Positions 48,731-60,019 of a DNA stretch of 64,000 nucleotides are shown here, one piece after another. The translations under genes were made by a program, and so were the position numbers. The DNA is from Escherichia coli (lineage in GTDB: Bacteria; Pseudomonadota; Gammaproteobacteria; Enterobacterales; Enterobacteriaceae), in NCBI RefSeq assembly GCF_003334815.1, contig NZ_QOWO01000005.1; one strand, 5' to 3'. Below the pieces are notes generated by a model. It had not been told where the DNA came from and searched no databases. It saw nothing but the letters and a program-made list of their open reading frames with translations. The first letter of the stretch is position 1, and each line of letters begins with the position of its first letter.

Positions 48731-49604
48731 GAACACACCTTTATCTTTTATCGCTGTTCAGTATGAGTGATTACCTGTCGATTCCTGAGCACACATAAGG
48801 GGTAACCATAAACATCAGCGATGCCATACGTATAACATCCCACATCACTATCAAGAAGATTATCTTTACCTCTGATGCTCGCTCAAAAACAGTTACGCTA
48901 AATACCTTAAAAAGGTAATCACAAGTCAAACTCAGGAGATAATCACGCAAGAATGCAATATTAAAATTCAGATACTCATTTTTGGTAATAAAGAAGTAGT
49001 TGGACTATTTCAATATTTATAATTTCCCACTACATACTGGCATCCATTCATGAGCAAAGGCGCATTATATGAATTTAACAATCCAGATCAACTGAAAATA
49101 CCTCTCCCTCATAAACACATAGCGTCAACATTCAATGACATAATGAGTAAAGATGTTGGTTATGCATACGTATCATTACTCTATGCCTGTCCCTTAAAAA
49201 CCCACTCATTAAGACTGAATCCATTCAGCAAATGATAACCAATATTATAGCAATGCCAATAAAAACAATATTTAAAACATTCAATAAAATATCACACACA
49301 GATAATTAAACCTTAAATAACAAATGGTTGCGTTAATTTCAGTTGATTTACGATACACATTTCTCATGAATAATGCGTCATTTCAAATGATCAGCAATAT
49401 TTACATTAAATAAGACTAAACTTATTGAACATTCGCAACAGCCCAAATGTAGGTTTTGGGCTGCAATAGTTCTTTTCTTTTTTATTATCTGTTGTCTGGT
49501 AATCATCAATAGATACTAAGGGCTTAACCGTATAGATATAACGTATCAAGAGGTAGGAGAAACAGCGCCATATGCAGACATGGCGCGGTTTTATGCAATA
49601 ACAA

Positions 49605-51638
49605 TCACGCGTCCGGGAACATCACGCTATGGCCCGGCGCTTCACGATGGAGATGAATAAAGTTAAGGTGCCGCTCGTACTGGTCAAGAATATCGGTGAT
49701 CACCTGCTCTTTGCTGTAGTCCATCAGGTCGTTGCCCTGGCTGCCTTCTAACAGGAAGGTTTCCAGCCGGTAGTAGGTCGATTTACCGCTGCGTGCGCGG
49801 TAGGTAAAGCCCGGCACCGAATATTGCTGCGGCCAAATCTGATAGACAAAGTTTTGCTCTTCGCCCATATGCACCAACAAATCCAGATGACCCAACTGCT
49901 GTCCCTCTTCCGGTGGCAGGCTTTTTAGCTCCACGTACGCGCCGCGCAACCGCAACTCCTGCGCCACTTCTTCCATTGCCGGGTAACAGACCGTCTCCAT
50001 CATCTGTTTAGTGTAACGCGTGCCCGGATAATTCATCAGGCGCGAGAGACGTTTTTTCCAGCTCAGGCGATCCTGAAGCCCCAGCGGTCGCGGTGCGGTA
50101 TCGCGGTTGGCACTTTCACGGCGGTAATCTTCTACCTTCAGAGATTTATACAACCCCGCCATCACGAAGAAGATCACAAAGCTGAACGGCAGCCCCATAA
50201 TCACCGTGGTGTTTTGCAGCGCGGATATCCCGTTAGTCATCAGCATGCCGAGCGTCAGCAGGCCAATCGCCACCGACCAGAAGACGCGCAGCCAGCCGGG
50301 GGCGTCGCTGTTGATATCTTTAAGCTGCGAGGTGAAATTCCCCAGCACCAGCGCCCCGGAGTCCGCCGAGGTCACATAAAACAGCAGGCCAGTAATGGTG
50401 GCGACGGAGGCGCTAAAGGTAAACGCCGGATACTGCGCCAGCAGGCTGTAGAAGCCGCGCTCCGGATGGACCATCGCTTCCTCGGCAAATGCCGCGCCGC
50501 CGTGGATGATTTCATACAGCGCGCTATTGCCGAACACCGAGAGCCATAACAGCGTGAAGGTAAACGGAATAATCAACGTGCCCAGCACGAACTGGCGAAT
50601 GGTACGCCCACGCGAGATACGCGCCAGGAACAAGCCGACAAACGGCGACCATGCCACCCACCATGCCCAGAAGAAGAGCGTCCAGTTATTCATCCACTCA
50701 ACCGGACGGTCGAAGGCAAAACTGTTGAGCGTCATGCCCATAAAGCGATTCACATAGTCGCCAACATTCAGCACCAGTGCATTAAGCAGGAACGAAGTGT
50801 CGCCCATAAACAATACGAACAGGATCAATCCCAGCGCCAGCGCGACATTAAGCTCCGATAACACGCGAATGCCCTTATCGACACCGGAGGTGACAGAGAT
50901 CGTGGCGATTATCACCGACAAGGCGATCAGTGCCGCTTTCGCCGCCATCGAATCGGGAATATCAAACAGTACGCTCAAGCCATAGTTAAGCTGCACCACA
51001 CCGATACCGAGCGTAGTGGCAATACCGAAGATAGTGCCGATCACCGCTGCAATATCCACTGAGTGACCTATCGGCCCGTTAATCCGTTTACCGAAGATCG
51101 GGTACAGCGCCGAGCGGATGGTGAGCGGCAAATTATAACGATAGCTAAAGTATCCGAGCGCCATGCCCATCAGCGCATACATCGACCAGCCGGTTAAGCC
51201 GTAGTGAAACAGCGTCCAGACCATCGCCTGACGCGCGGCCTCAATCGTCTGTCCCGCGCCTTCCGGCGGCTGCATATACTGCGTTACCGGTTCGGCTACG
51301 GAGAAGAACATCAGGTCGATACCGATCCCGGCAGCAAACAGCATCGCCGCCCAACTCAGCAGGCTGAATTCCGGTTTGGATTGTTCTGGCCCGAGCTTCA
51401 CCGAACCAAAACGCGAACAAGCGATACAGACCACAAAGACAATATAGAGCGTTGCCGCCAGCAGATAGTACCAACCGAAGGTTTTAGAAACCCAGTCCAG
51501 CGTGCGGCCAATCCACAGGGCCGAGAAGTCGCGAAACAGGATCGTTGTCAGGGAAAACAACAAAATCAGTCCGGCGGAGGTGTAAAACACCACCGGATTG
51601 ATTTTGTCCTTTTCCCTGCTGTGTGAAAGGTCTGTCAT
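49605..51638 (-). CDS. betT: High-affinity choline transporter (BCCT family)
   Basis: 677-aa polytopic membrane ORF MTDLSHSREKDKINPVVFYTSAGLILLFSLTTILF... Confidence 0.95.
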   Translation of the reverse strand: MTDLSHSREKDKINPVVFYTSAGLILLFSLTTILFRDFSALWIGRTLDWVSKTFGWYYLLAATLYIVFVVCIACSRFGSVKLGPEQSKPEFSLLSWAAMLFAAGIGIDLMFFSVAEPVTQYMQPPEGAGQTIEAARQAMVWTLFHYGLTGWSMYALMGMALGYFSYRYNLPLTIRSALYPIFGKRINGPIGHSVDIAAVIGTIFGIATTLGIGVVQLNYGLSVLFDIPDSMAAKAALIALSVIIATISVTSGVDKGIRVLSELNVALALGLILFVLFMGDTSFLLNALVLNVGDYVNRFMGMTLNSFAFDRPVEWMNNWTLFFWAWWVAWSPFVGLFLARISRGRTIRQFVLGTLIIPFTFTLLWLSVFGNSALYEIIHGGAAFAEEAMVHPERGFYSLLAQYPAFTFSASVATITGLLFYVTSADSGALVLGNFTSQLKDINSDAPGWLRVFWSVAIGLLTLGMLMTNGISALQNTTVIMGLPFSFVIFFVMAGLYKSLKVEDYRRESANRDTAPRPLGLQDRLSWKKRLSRLMNYPGTRYTKQMMETVCYPAMEEVAQELRLRGAYVELKSLPPEEGQQLGHLDLLVHMGEEQNFVYQIWPQQYSVPGFTYRARSGKSTYYRLETFLLEGSQGNDLMDYSKEQVITDILDQYERHLNFIHLHREAPGHSVMFPDA

Positions 51639-51766
51639 CCAGTATCCCCACTGTTATTGTTACTATTTAAAATCAAATTCGTAACAATTAAGACACATTT
51701 TATATTGAACGTCCAATCAATAACCGCTTTAATAGATAAACACCGCTGATGAATGGAGTGGCGAAA
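51639..51766. promoter_or_regulatory. Divergent betT / betIBA control region (promoters and presumed BetI operator)
   Basis: 128-bp AT-rich spacer between divergent betT and betI; contains ATTGAacgtccaaTCAAT (51704..51721). Operator assignment is from literature recall, not proven here. Confidence 0.55.
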
Positions 51767-52354
51767 ATGCCCAAATTGGGGATGCAGTCGATCCGGCGCA
51801 GACAACTGATCGACGCCACACTGGAAGCAATAAATGAAGTGGGCATGCACGATGCAACGATCGCGCAGATCGCCCGCCGTGCAGGCGTTTCTACGGGGAT
51901 CATCAGCCACTATTTCAGGGACAAAAATGGTCTGCTGGAAGCAACCATGCGCGATATCACCAGTCAGCTGCGTGACGCGGTTTTGAATCGATTACATGCA
52001 CTTCCGCAGGGCAGTGCAGAGCAGCGATTACAGGCGATTGTTGGCGGAAACTTCGATGAAACGCAGGTGAGCAGTGCGGCGATGAAAGCCTGGCTGGCGT
52101 TCTGGGCCAGCAGTATGCATCAGCCGATGCTCTATCGTTTACAGCAGGTCAGCAGCCGCCGCTTGCTGTCGAATCTGGTGAGCGAGTTTCGTCGCGAATT
52201 GCCGCGCGAACAGGCACAGGAAGCGGGCTACGGCCTGGCCGCGCTGATTGATGGATTATGGCTGCGCGCGGCTCTGAGCGGCAAACCGCTGGATAAAACC
52301 CGCGCTAATTCCCTGACCCGCCACTTTATCACTCAGCATCTACCCACCGATTAA
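51767..52354 (+). CDS. betI: TetR-family repressor of the bet regulon
   Basis: 195-aa product [50 protein letters not shown]...; start trimmed from 51749. Confidence 0.93.
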
Positions 52355-52367
52355 CCGAGGAGACGTG

Positions 52368-53840
52368 ATGTCCCGAATGGCAGAACAGCAGCTTTATATA
52401 CATGGTGGTTATACCTCCGCCACCAGCGGTCGCACCTTCGAGACCATTAACCCGGCCAACGGTAACGTGCTGGCGACCGTGCAGGCCGCCGGGCGCGAGG
52501 ATGTCGATCGCGCCGTGAAAAGCGCCCAGCAGGGGCAAAAAATCTGGGCGTCGATGACCGCCATGGAGCGCTCGCGTATTCTGCGTCGGGCCGTTGATAT
52601 TCTGCGTGAACGCAATGACGAACTCGCAAAACTGGAAACCCTCGACACCGGAAAAGCATATTCGGAAACCTCAACCGTCGATATCGTTACCGGTGCGGAC
52701 GTGCTGGAGTACTACGCCGGGCTGATCCCGGCGCTGGAAGGCAGCCAGATCCCGTTGCGTGAAACGTCCTTTGTGTATACCCGCCGCGAACCGCTGGGCG
52801 TAGTGGCAGGGATTGGCGCATGGAACTACCCGATCCAGATTGCCCTGTGGAAATCCGCCCCGGCGCTGGCGGCAGGCAACGCAATGATTTTCAAACCGAG
52901 CGAAGTTACCCCGCTTACCGCGTTAAAGCTGGCTGAAATTTACAGCGAAGCGGGCCTGCCGGACGGCGTATTTAACGTGTTGCCGGGCGTGGGCGCGGAG
53001 ACCGGGCAATATCTGACCGAGCATCCGGGCATTGCCAAAGTGTCATTTACCGGCGGTGTCGCCAGCGGCAAAAAAGTGATGGCTAACTCGGCGGCCTCTT
53101 CCCTGAAAGAAGTGACCATGGAACTGGGCGGTAAATCACCGCTGATCGTTTTCGATGATGCGGATCTCGATCTCGCCGCCGATATCGCCATGATGGCAAA
53201 CTTCTTCAGCTCCGGTCAGGTGTGTACCAATGGCACCCGCGTCTTCGTTCCGGCGAAATGCAAAGCCGCATTTGAGCAGAAAATTCTGGCGCGCGTTGAG
53301 CGCATTCGCGCGGGCGACGTTTTCGATCCGCAAACTAACTTCGGCCCGCTGGTCAGCTTCCCGCATCGCGATAACGTGCTGCGCTATATCGCCAAAGGCA
53401 AAGAGGAAGGCGCGCGCGTACTGTGCGGCGGCGATGTACTGAAAGGCGATGGCTTCGATAACGGCGCATGGGTTGCACCGACAGTGTTCACCGATTGCAG
53501 CGACGATATGACCATCGTGCGTGAAGAGATCTTCGGGCCAGTGATGTCCATTCTGACCTACGAGTCGGAAGACGAAGTCATTCGCCGCGCTAACGATACC
53601 GACTACGGCCTGGCGGCGGGCATCGTGACAGCGGACCTGAACCGCGCGCATCGCGTCATTCATCAGCTGGAAGCGGGTATTTGCTGGATCAACACCTGGG
53701 GCGAATCCCCGGCAGAGATGCCCGTTGGCGGCTACAAACACTCCGGCATTGGTCGCGAGAACGGCGTGATGACGCTCCAGAGTTACACCCAGGTGAAGTC
53801 CATCCAGGTTGAGATGGCTAAATTCCAGTCCATATTCTAA
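52368..53840 (+). CDS. betB: Betaine aldehyde dehydrogenase
   Basis: 490-aa ALDH-family ORF (catalytic Cys motif GQVCTNG, ELGGKSP). Confidence 0.95.
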   Translation: MSRMAEQQLYIHGGYTSATSGRTFETINPANGNVLATVQAAGREDVDRAVKSAQQGQKIWASMTAMERSRILRRAVDILRERNDELAKLETLDTGKAYSETSTVDIVTGADVLEYYAGLIPALEGSQIPLRETSFVYTRREPLGVVAGIGAWNYPIQIALWKSAPALAAGNAMIFKPSEVTPLTALKLAEIYSEAGLPDGVFNVLPGVGAETGQYLTEHPGIAKVSFTGGVASGKKVMANSAASSLKEVTMELGGKSPLIVFDDADLDLAADIAMMANFFSSGQVCTNGTRVFVPAKCKAAFEQKILARVERIRAGDVFDPQTNFGPLVSFPHRDNVLRYIAKGKEEGARVLCGGDVLKGDGFDNGAWVAPTVFTDCSDDMTIVREEIFGPVMSILTYESEDEVIRRANDTDYGLAAGIVTADLNRAHRVIHQLEAGICWINTWGESPAEMPVGGYKHSGIGRENGVMTLQSYTQVKSIQVEMAKFQSIF

Positions 53841-53853
53841 CCAGGAGGTTTAT

Positions 53854-55524
53854 TTGCAATTTGACTACATCATTATTGGTGCCGGCTCAGCCGGCAACGT
53901 TCTCGCTACCCGTCTGACTGAAGATCCGAATACCTCCGTGCTGCTGCTTGAAGCGGGCGGCCCGGACTATCGCTTTGACTTCCGCACCCAGATGCCCGCT
54001 GCCCTGGCATTCCCGCTACAGGGTAAACGCTACAACTGGGCCTATGAAACGGAACCTGAACCGTTTATGAATAACCGCCGCATGGAGTGCGGACGCGGTA
54101 AAGGTCTGGGTGGATCGTCGCTGATCAACGGCATGTGCTACATCCGTGGCAATGCGCTGGATCTCGATAACTGGGCGCAAGAACCCGGTCTGGAGAACTG
54201 GAGCTACCTCGACTGCCTGCCCTACTACCGCAAGGCCGAGACTCGCGATATGGGTGAAAACGACTATCACGGCGGTGATGGCCCGGTGAGCGTCACTACC
54301 TCCAAACCCGGCGTCAATCCGCTGTTTGAAGCGATGATTGAAGCGGGCGTGCAGGCGGGCTACCCGCGCACGGACGATCTCAACGGTTATCAGCAGGAAG
54401 GTTTTGGTCCGATGGATCGCACCGTCACGCCGCAGGGCCGTCGCGCCAGCACCGCGCGTGGCTATCTCGATCAGGCCAAATCGCGTCCTAACCTGACCAT
54501 TCGTACTCACGCTATGACCGATCACATCATTTTTGACGGCAAACGCGCGGTGGGCGTCGAATGGCTGGAAGGCGACAGCACCATCCCAACCCGCGCAACG
54601 GCCAACAAAGAAGTGCTGTTATGTGCAGGCGCGATTGCCTCACCGCAGATCCTGCAACGCTCCGGCGTCGGCAACGCTGAACTGCTGGCGGAGTTTGATA
54701 TTCCGCTGGTGCATGAATTACCCGGCGTCGGCGAAAATCTTCAGGATCATCTGGAGATGTATCTGCAATATGAGTGCAAAGAACCGGTTTCCCTCTACCC
54801 TGCCCTGCAGTGGTGGAACCAGCCGAAAATCGGTGCGGAGTGGCTGTTTGGCGGCACTGGCGTTGGTGCCAGCAACCACTTTGAAGCAGGTGGATTTATT
54901 CGCAGCCGTGAGGAATTTGCGTGGCCGAATATTCAGTACCATTTCCTGCCAGTAGCGATTAACTATAACGGCTCGAATGCAGTGAAAGAGCACGGTTTCC
55001 AGTGCCACGTCGGCTCAATGCGCTCGCCAAGCCGTGGGCATGTGCGGATTAAATCCCGCGACCCGCACCAGCATCCGGCGATTCTGTTTAACTACATGTC
55101 GCACGAGCAGGACTGGCAGGAGTTCCGCGACGCAATTCGCATCACCCGCGAGATCATGCATCAACCCGCGCTGGATCAGTATCGTGGCCGCGAAATCAGC
55201 CCCGGTGTCGAATGCCAGACGGATGAACAGCTCGATGAGTTCGTGCGTAACCACGCCGAAACCGCCTTCCATCCGTGCGGTACCTGCAAAATGGGTTACG
55301 ACGAGATGTCCGTGGTTGACGGCGAAGGCCGCGTACACGGGTTAGAAGGCCTGCGTGTGGTGGATGCGTCGATTATGCCGCAGATTATCACCGGGAATTT
55401 GAACGCCACGACAATTATGATTGGCGAGAAAATAGCGGATATGATTCGTGGACAGGAAGCGCTGCCGAGGAGCACGGCGGGATATTTTGTGGCAAATGGG
55501 ATGCCGGTGAGAGCGAAAAAATGA
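53854..55524 (+). CDS. betA: Choline dehydrogenase (GMC oxidoreductase)
   Basis: TTG-initiated 556-aa product (M)[24 protein letters not shown]..., with AGGAGG Shine-Dalgarno at 53843..53848; ORF-track start 53809 overlaps the betB 3' end. Confidence 0.93.
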   Translation: MQFDYIIIGAGSAGNVLATRLTEDPNTSVLLLEAGGPDYRFDFRTQMPAALAFPLQGKRYNWAYETEPEPFMNNRRMECGRGKGLGGSSLINGMCYIRGNALDLDNWAQEPGLENWSYLDCLPYYRKAETRDMGENDYHGGDGPVSVTTSKPGVNPLFEAMIEAGVQAGYPRTDDLNGYQQEGFGPMDRTVTPQGRRASTARGYLDQAKSRPNLTIRTHAMTDHIIFDGKRAVGVEWLEGDSTIPTRATANKEVLLCAGAIASPQILQRSGVGNAELLAEFDIPLVHELPGVGENLQDHLEMYLQYECKEPVSLYPALQWWNQPKIGAEWLFGGTGVGASNHFEAGGFIRSREEFAWPNIQYHFLPVAINYNGSNAVKEHGFQCHVGSMRSPSRGHVRIKSRDPHQHPAILFNYMSHEQDWQEFRDAIRITREIMHQPALDQYRGREISPGVECQTDEQLDEFVRNHAETAFHPCGTCKMGYDEMSVVDGEGRVHGLEGLRVVDASIMPQIITGNLNATTIMIGEKIADMIRGQEALPRSTAGYFVANGMPVRAKK

Positions 55525-55559
55525 GTCGTGATGTGAACTAACGCAGGAACCGATCAGAT

Positions 55560-55620
55560 TGAGAGTTACCGTTCCAGAGAGGGGGACCGAATCCTTATAT
55601 AAACACTGAGGTAACTCTCA
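55560..55620 (+). terminator. 11-bp perfect inverted repeat (tgagagttacc / ggtaactctca) with 39-nt loop downstream of betA
   Basis: Could form a long-loop hairpin 36 bp after the betA stop; followed by gctttttgctg. Terminator role is inferred. Confidence 0.3.
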
Positions 55621-55736
55621 TGCTTCATATCCAGTATTCATGATGCGGGCTTTTTGCTGATATTTAACCCGAACATTCCTGATACAGACTATTAATACAA
55701 CCTTATCTGCGACAGATTTTATTCTCTGGATATATT

Positions 55737-56405
55737 ATGCGTGAACAAATCAAACAGGATATCGATCTGATTGAGATTTTATTTTATCTGAAGAAAAAGA
55801 TTCGTGTTATCCTTTTTATTATGGCTATATGTATGGCTATGGTGCTGTTGTTTCTGTATATCAATAAAGACAATATAAAAGTGATTTACAGCCTAAAAAT
55901 AAACCAGACAACGCCAGGTATACTTGTTAGCTGTGATAGCAATAATAATTTTGCCTGTCAGACTACAATGACTGAAGATGTTATTCAGCGAATTACTACA
56001 TTTTTTCACACCAGCCCAGATGTCAAGAACAGAGAAATAAGGCTGGAATGGTCAGGAGATAAGAGAGCTTTACCAACTGCTGAAGAGGAAATATCTCGCG
56101 TGCAGGCCTCTATTATCAAATGGTATGCGTCAGAATATCATAATGGCAGGCAAGTTCTCGATGAGATACAAACGCCTTCAGCAATTAACAGTGAGCTTTA
56201 TACAAAAATGATATACCTGACCAGGAACTGGTCATTGTATCCGAACGGTGATGGCTGTGTAACTATAAGCTCACCAGAAATAAAAAATAAATACCCTGCT
56301 GCCATTTGCCTGGCTCTGGGATTTTTTCTAAGCATTGTAATTTCTGTAATGTTTTGCCTTGTCAAAAAAATGGTAGATGAATACCAACAAAACTCTGGGC
56401 AGTAA
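55737..56405 (+). CDS. ykgH: Predicted inner-membrane protein YkgH
   Basis: 222-aa AT-rich ORF with N- and C-terminal TM segments. Confidence 0.8.
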   Translation: MREQIKQDIDLIEILFYLKKKIRVILFIMAICMAMVLLFLYINKDNIKVIYSLKINQTTPGILVSCDSNNNFACQTTMTEDVIQRITTFFHTSPDVKNREIRLEWSGDKRALPTAEEEISRVQASIIKWYASEYHNGRQVLDEIQTPSAINSELYTKMIYLTRNWSLYPNGDGCVTISSPEIKNKYPAAICLALGFFLSIVISVMFCLVKKMVDEYQQNSGQ

Positions 56406-56647
56406 TAAACAACATTCTGATAGAGAGTGCCTGTATAAAGCTGAAGTGACAATGACCGGGAAGGGAACCCGTTTTCAGGAATGGATGCCTGTCTTTTTCA
56501 CTGTAAATATCCTGGCATTGGTAATACCAGGATATTTACAGAAGAGCAGCATAACCATGACGGAACGGGGTTAAGTCAGGTTGTCCTAAACGCTATTTTC
56601 AACCTCGTATGCCTTCTTCAGGTTTATGTCCAGACTTCATATCTCTC

Positions 56648-57343
56648 TCAACAATCCTCAATAATCAGATACACCGCTTTCACCGGGCCATGAACTCCGA
56701 CGACTTTGATAAGCTCAATATCCGCCGTTGAACTGGGGCCGCTAATGATGTTAATGCAGGAAGGCATTCGTTCACCGGCCTGCGCTTTCTGATGCAATTT
56801 TTCTGCGAGTTGCGCTACACGCGGCAGGATAGTGCTTTTACGCAGGATAAAAAGAGAATATTCCGGGAGCAGGCTCAATGAACGCCCGCGCTCGGCGGCG
56901 GAAAAAAGAACCACGCCTCCCGATTCGGTTAAACCATATTCAGCATACACAACACCCACTTTAGCCTGCTCTGCCTGCGAGATATTCTCGGCACCTTTCG
57001 CCGGATCCCAAACAACGGCATTGCATTCCTGCTGCAAACGTTCGCTAATCCCCAATTCCTCCAGCCTCGTGTCACCGCTAATCACGACCGACTGATCTCC
57101 CAGCTCTTTACACAGACGTATTGCAGCTTCTGCCGCCTTCGCCTCGCTGGTCAGCTCACAGCGCGTCAACATAACATCGCTGGCAAACTGAATAAACGCG
57201 TCACAGCGCTGCTGTTGGTTAAGTTGGGTAAGCCGCTCGTTAGCATAGTTGTTAAGCGGCGCATCTTCTGCTTGCGGTTCAAGTCGCAGCGGGCGACCCA
57301 GTGCCTGAGCAACGTTATTCAAAAATTCGCCTCGATTATCCAT
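56648..57343 (-). CDS. ykgG: LutC-like protein YkgG (lactate utilisation family)
   Basis: 231-aa product MDNRGEFLNNVAQALGRPLRL...; start trimmed from 57496; 8-bp overlap with ykgF. Confidence 0.88.
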   Translation of the reverse strand: MDNRGEFLNNVAQALGRPLRLEPQAEDAPLNNYANERLTQLNQQQRCDAFIQFASDVMLTRCELTSEAKAAEAAIRLCKELGDQSVVISGDTRLEELGISERLQQECNAVVWDPAKGAENISQAEQAKVGVVYAEYGLTESGGVVLFSAAERGRSLSLLPEYSLFILRKSTILPRVAQLAEKLHQKAQAGERMPSCINIISGPSSTADIELIKVVGVHGPVKAVYLIIEDC

Positions 57344-58763
57344 TCTTTTTCTCCTGCGCCTGATGTTTCTTAAACCAACTACGGAAACTCTCTCCGTCAG
57401 CTTCAGGAAGATCGCGTGCTTCCATCCAGTCGCTAATCGCGCCAAATTTGAGTGGTGTTTTGCCGCCATTGATAAACCAGCTTGCCGCATGAGCACCGGC
57501 CATCATCCCGACTTTCCACAATCCTGGATGACTATTGGCATAAGCGAACATTTTTATCGCCCGTTGCTCTGCTTTTGCGGTGATCCCTTTTTCAGCCATC
57601 ACCCGACGATGACGCAAAATCAGTTTTGACAGCGGAATACGCACCGGACACACGTTGTCACAAGCTGTGCATAAAGAGCAGGCGTAGGGTAAATCTTTAA
57701 AATCTTTATAGCCGCCAAGTAGCGGAGAAATCACCGCACCAATTGGCCCTGGATAAATAGAGCCATATCCATGACCGCCAATATGGCGATATGCCGGACA
57801 AGTATTCATACAAGCCCCGCAGCGAATACAGCGCAGCACATCCCGAAATTCAGAGGCCAGCACCTCAGAACGCCCGTTATCGACAATAACCAGATGAAAC
57901 TCTTCAGGACCATCAACGTGCCCAGCTTCGCGCGGTCCTGTCAGCCAGGTGTTGTATCCCGTCAAACGTGCACCAACGGCACTGCGCGCCAGCATGGTGA
58001 TCAATACATCTACCTCGGCAAACGTGGGGGCAATACGCTCCATTCCCATCACTGCAATATGCGTTTTAGGCAGCGTGGTACACATTCGCGCATTACCTTC
58101 ATTGGTCACCAGGCATACCGAACCGGTCTCTGCCACCGCGAAATTACAGCCGGTAATACCTATTTCAGCACTGAGGAAATCTTCGCGGATTTTTTGCCGG
58201 ATGAATAAGGTCATCGCTTCAGGCGTTTCCGGCCCCTCATAGCCCAGACGTTCGTGTAGCACTCGACGGATCTGATGGCGATCTTTATGAATTGCCGGGA
58301 CCACAACATGAGATGGCGGATCTTGATCCAGCTGGAGAATATATTCACCCAGATCGGTTTCAATCACCTGAATGCCAGCATCCTGCAACACATGATTGAC
58401 ACCAATCTCTTCGGTCACCATCGATTTAGATTTCACCACCTTCCGGGCATTTTTGCGTTGGGCAACCTGTAAAATGTAGCGGGTAGCGTCTTCTTTGGTT
58501 CTTGCAAAATAGACGTGACCGCCGTTTTGCGTCACTTTTTCTGAGAGCTGGTACAGATAAGCGTCGAGATTACTCAGAACATGATCACGTATCTGGGCGG
58601 CCCGATCGCGCCACTCCTCCCAGTGCCCCAATTCATCGACCATTTTTTGCCGATTTGCCCCAATACGCTGCTGCGCGTTTGCCACCGCTTTGCGCATGAT
58701 CGGATCTTCAATTTGCTGACGGATGCGTGTCTTAAAATCTGTATTACTGGTTTTGATCGACAT
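57336..58763 (-). CDS. ykgF: LutB-like iron-sulfur protein YkgF
   Basis: 475-aa ORF with two 4Fe-4S ferredoxin Cys clusters (CIRCGACMNTCP, CSLCTACDNVCP). Confidence 0.92.
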   Translation of the reverse strand: MSIKTSNTDFKTRIRQQIEDPIMRKAVANAQQRIGANRQKMVDELGHWEEWRDRAAQIRDHVLSNLDAYLYQLSEKVTQNGGHVYFARTKEDATRYILQVAQRKNARKVVKSKSMVTEEIGVNHVLQDAGIQVIETDLGEYILQLDQDPPSHVVVPAIHKDRHQIRRVLHERLGYEGPETPEAMTLFIRQKIREDFLSAEIGITGCNFAVAETGSVCLVTNEGNARMCTTLPKTHIAVMGMERIAPTFAEVDVLITMLARSAVGARLTGYNTWLTGPREAGHVDGPEEFHLVIVDNGRSEVLASEFRDVLRCIRCGACMNTCPAYRHIGGHGYGSIYPGPIGAVISPLLGGYKDFKDLPYACSLCTACDNVCPVRIPLSKLILRHRRVMAEKGITAKAEQRAIKMFAYANSHPGLWKVGMMAGAHAASWFINGGKTPLKFGAISDWMEARDLPEADGESFRSWFKKHQAQEKKNG

Positions 58764-58773
58764 CTTTATATCC

Positions 58774-59493
58774 TCAGCGGCTCATCAACACTTCAGCAAT
58801 ATGCATCACTTTGACTTTCTGCCCTTCCCGTTGTAATCGCCCACTGATGTTTAGCAGGCAACTCACGTCAGCACCAATTAAATACTCAGGGCGGACTTCC
58901 ATCAGGTGCGCAACCTTTTCTTTCACCATCTCGCCGGATATTTCGGCCATTTTGACCGAGAACGTGCCGCCAAATCCGCAGCAGGTATCCTGTTCAGCAA
59001 AGGTCAACAGCTCCAGTCCACGCACATTTTTCAGCAGCGTAAGTGGCTCGTCCTTCACTCCCAGCTTACGGGCCAGGCTACAAGATGGGTGATACACCGC
59101 TCTCCCTTGCAAACTGGCACCTACATCGACTACCCCTAATTTATTAACAATAAAAGAGGTGAGATCCTGCATACGCGCGGCAACCTTTGCGGCACGTGAT
59201 GCCCATTCAGGTTCATCCGCCAGATACGTCGGGTAACTTTTTACGGCATAGGTGCAAGAGCCAGCCGGTGAAATAATGGGATCGTCGTTATCCTCCAGTG
59301 CGGCGATCAGATTTTTCATCCCTGGAATCGCTTCTTTGATATAACCGCTATTGATCGCAGGCTGACCGCAGCATCCCTGTTTCTCCGGGAAATTTACGCG
59401 ACAGCCGAGTTTTTCCAGTAGCAGCACGGAGTCTCGTGCCATTCTTGATTTCAGGGCGTCACCAATACAGGTGACAAAGAAATTGACATTCAC
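58774..59493 (-). CDS. ykgE: LutA-like (CCG-domain) Fe-S oxidoreductase YkgE
   Basis: 239-aa ORF with cysteine-rich CCG motifs (..GCCGQP.., ..DTCCGFGG..). Confidence 0.9.
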   Translation of the reverse strand: MNVNFFVTCIGDALKSRMARDSVLLLEKLGCRVNFPEKQGCCGQPAINSGYIKEAIPGMKNLIAALEDNDDPIISPAGSCTYAVKSYPTYLADEPEWASRAAKVAARMQDLTSFIVNKLGVVDVGASLQGRAVYHPSCSLARKLGVKDEPLTLLKNVRGLELLTFAEQDTCCGFGGTFSVKMAEISGEMVKEKVAHLMEVRPEYLIGADVSCLLNISGRLQREGQKVKVMHIAEVLMSR

Positions 59494-60019
59494 AACTAAT
59501 ACTCCATTACTTCATGCCCATTTATGCCCGATGTTTCCCCCCCACCGGGGGATCAATCATCAATAAATATGACGTTCTTTTTTAATTGGCTAGCAACATA
59601 CCACCCCTCATTTGTATGACAAATGATAATCTTTCATCCAAACGTCAAATGCAATAACTAATTTTATTTCTTTCGGCATCGCTCACATTTTATGGGGAAA
59701 TCGACGATCATTTTTGGCATAAGAAATCCATTTAAAAATGGCTACATCCCTTATACCTATTCAGAGCTACTTATTCAGGGGTTATTGAGATATACACTGA
59801 TGGTGTACAAAAAAATCACCGACAATAATCACGTATCAAGTAATAGTCGGGATTTTATTTAATTGAAGCAATTTAGTTTGCATTTTTATTTAAAAACTGA
59901 GCTAGAGCCCATCAGAAAAAATATATAAAGCCCAAACCACCGTTGGAAATAGAAATAGTTGAAAGGCTCACAACTCCCGGAATGCGGATTATCTTTGCCC
60001 TGATTTCTGGCGGTTTTAT

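Noticed and set aside
59494-60019. Small ORFs in the AT-rich ykgE-rclR spacer (for example 59886..60068, 60 aa)
   Set aside because: Low-complexity translation, no start-site context, and overlap with the rclR 3' end; more likely promoter/terminator DNA than coding.
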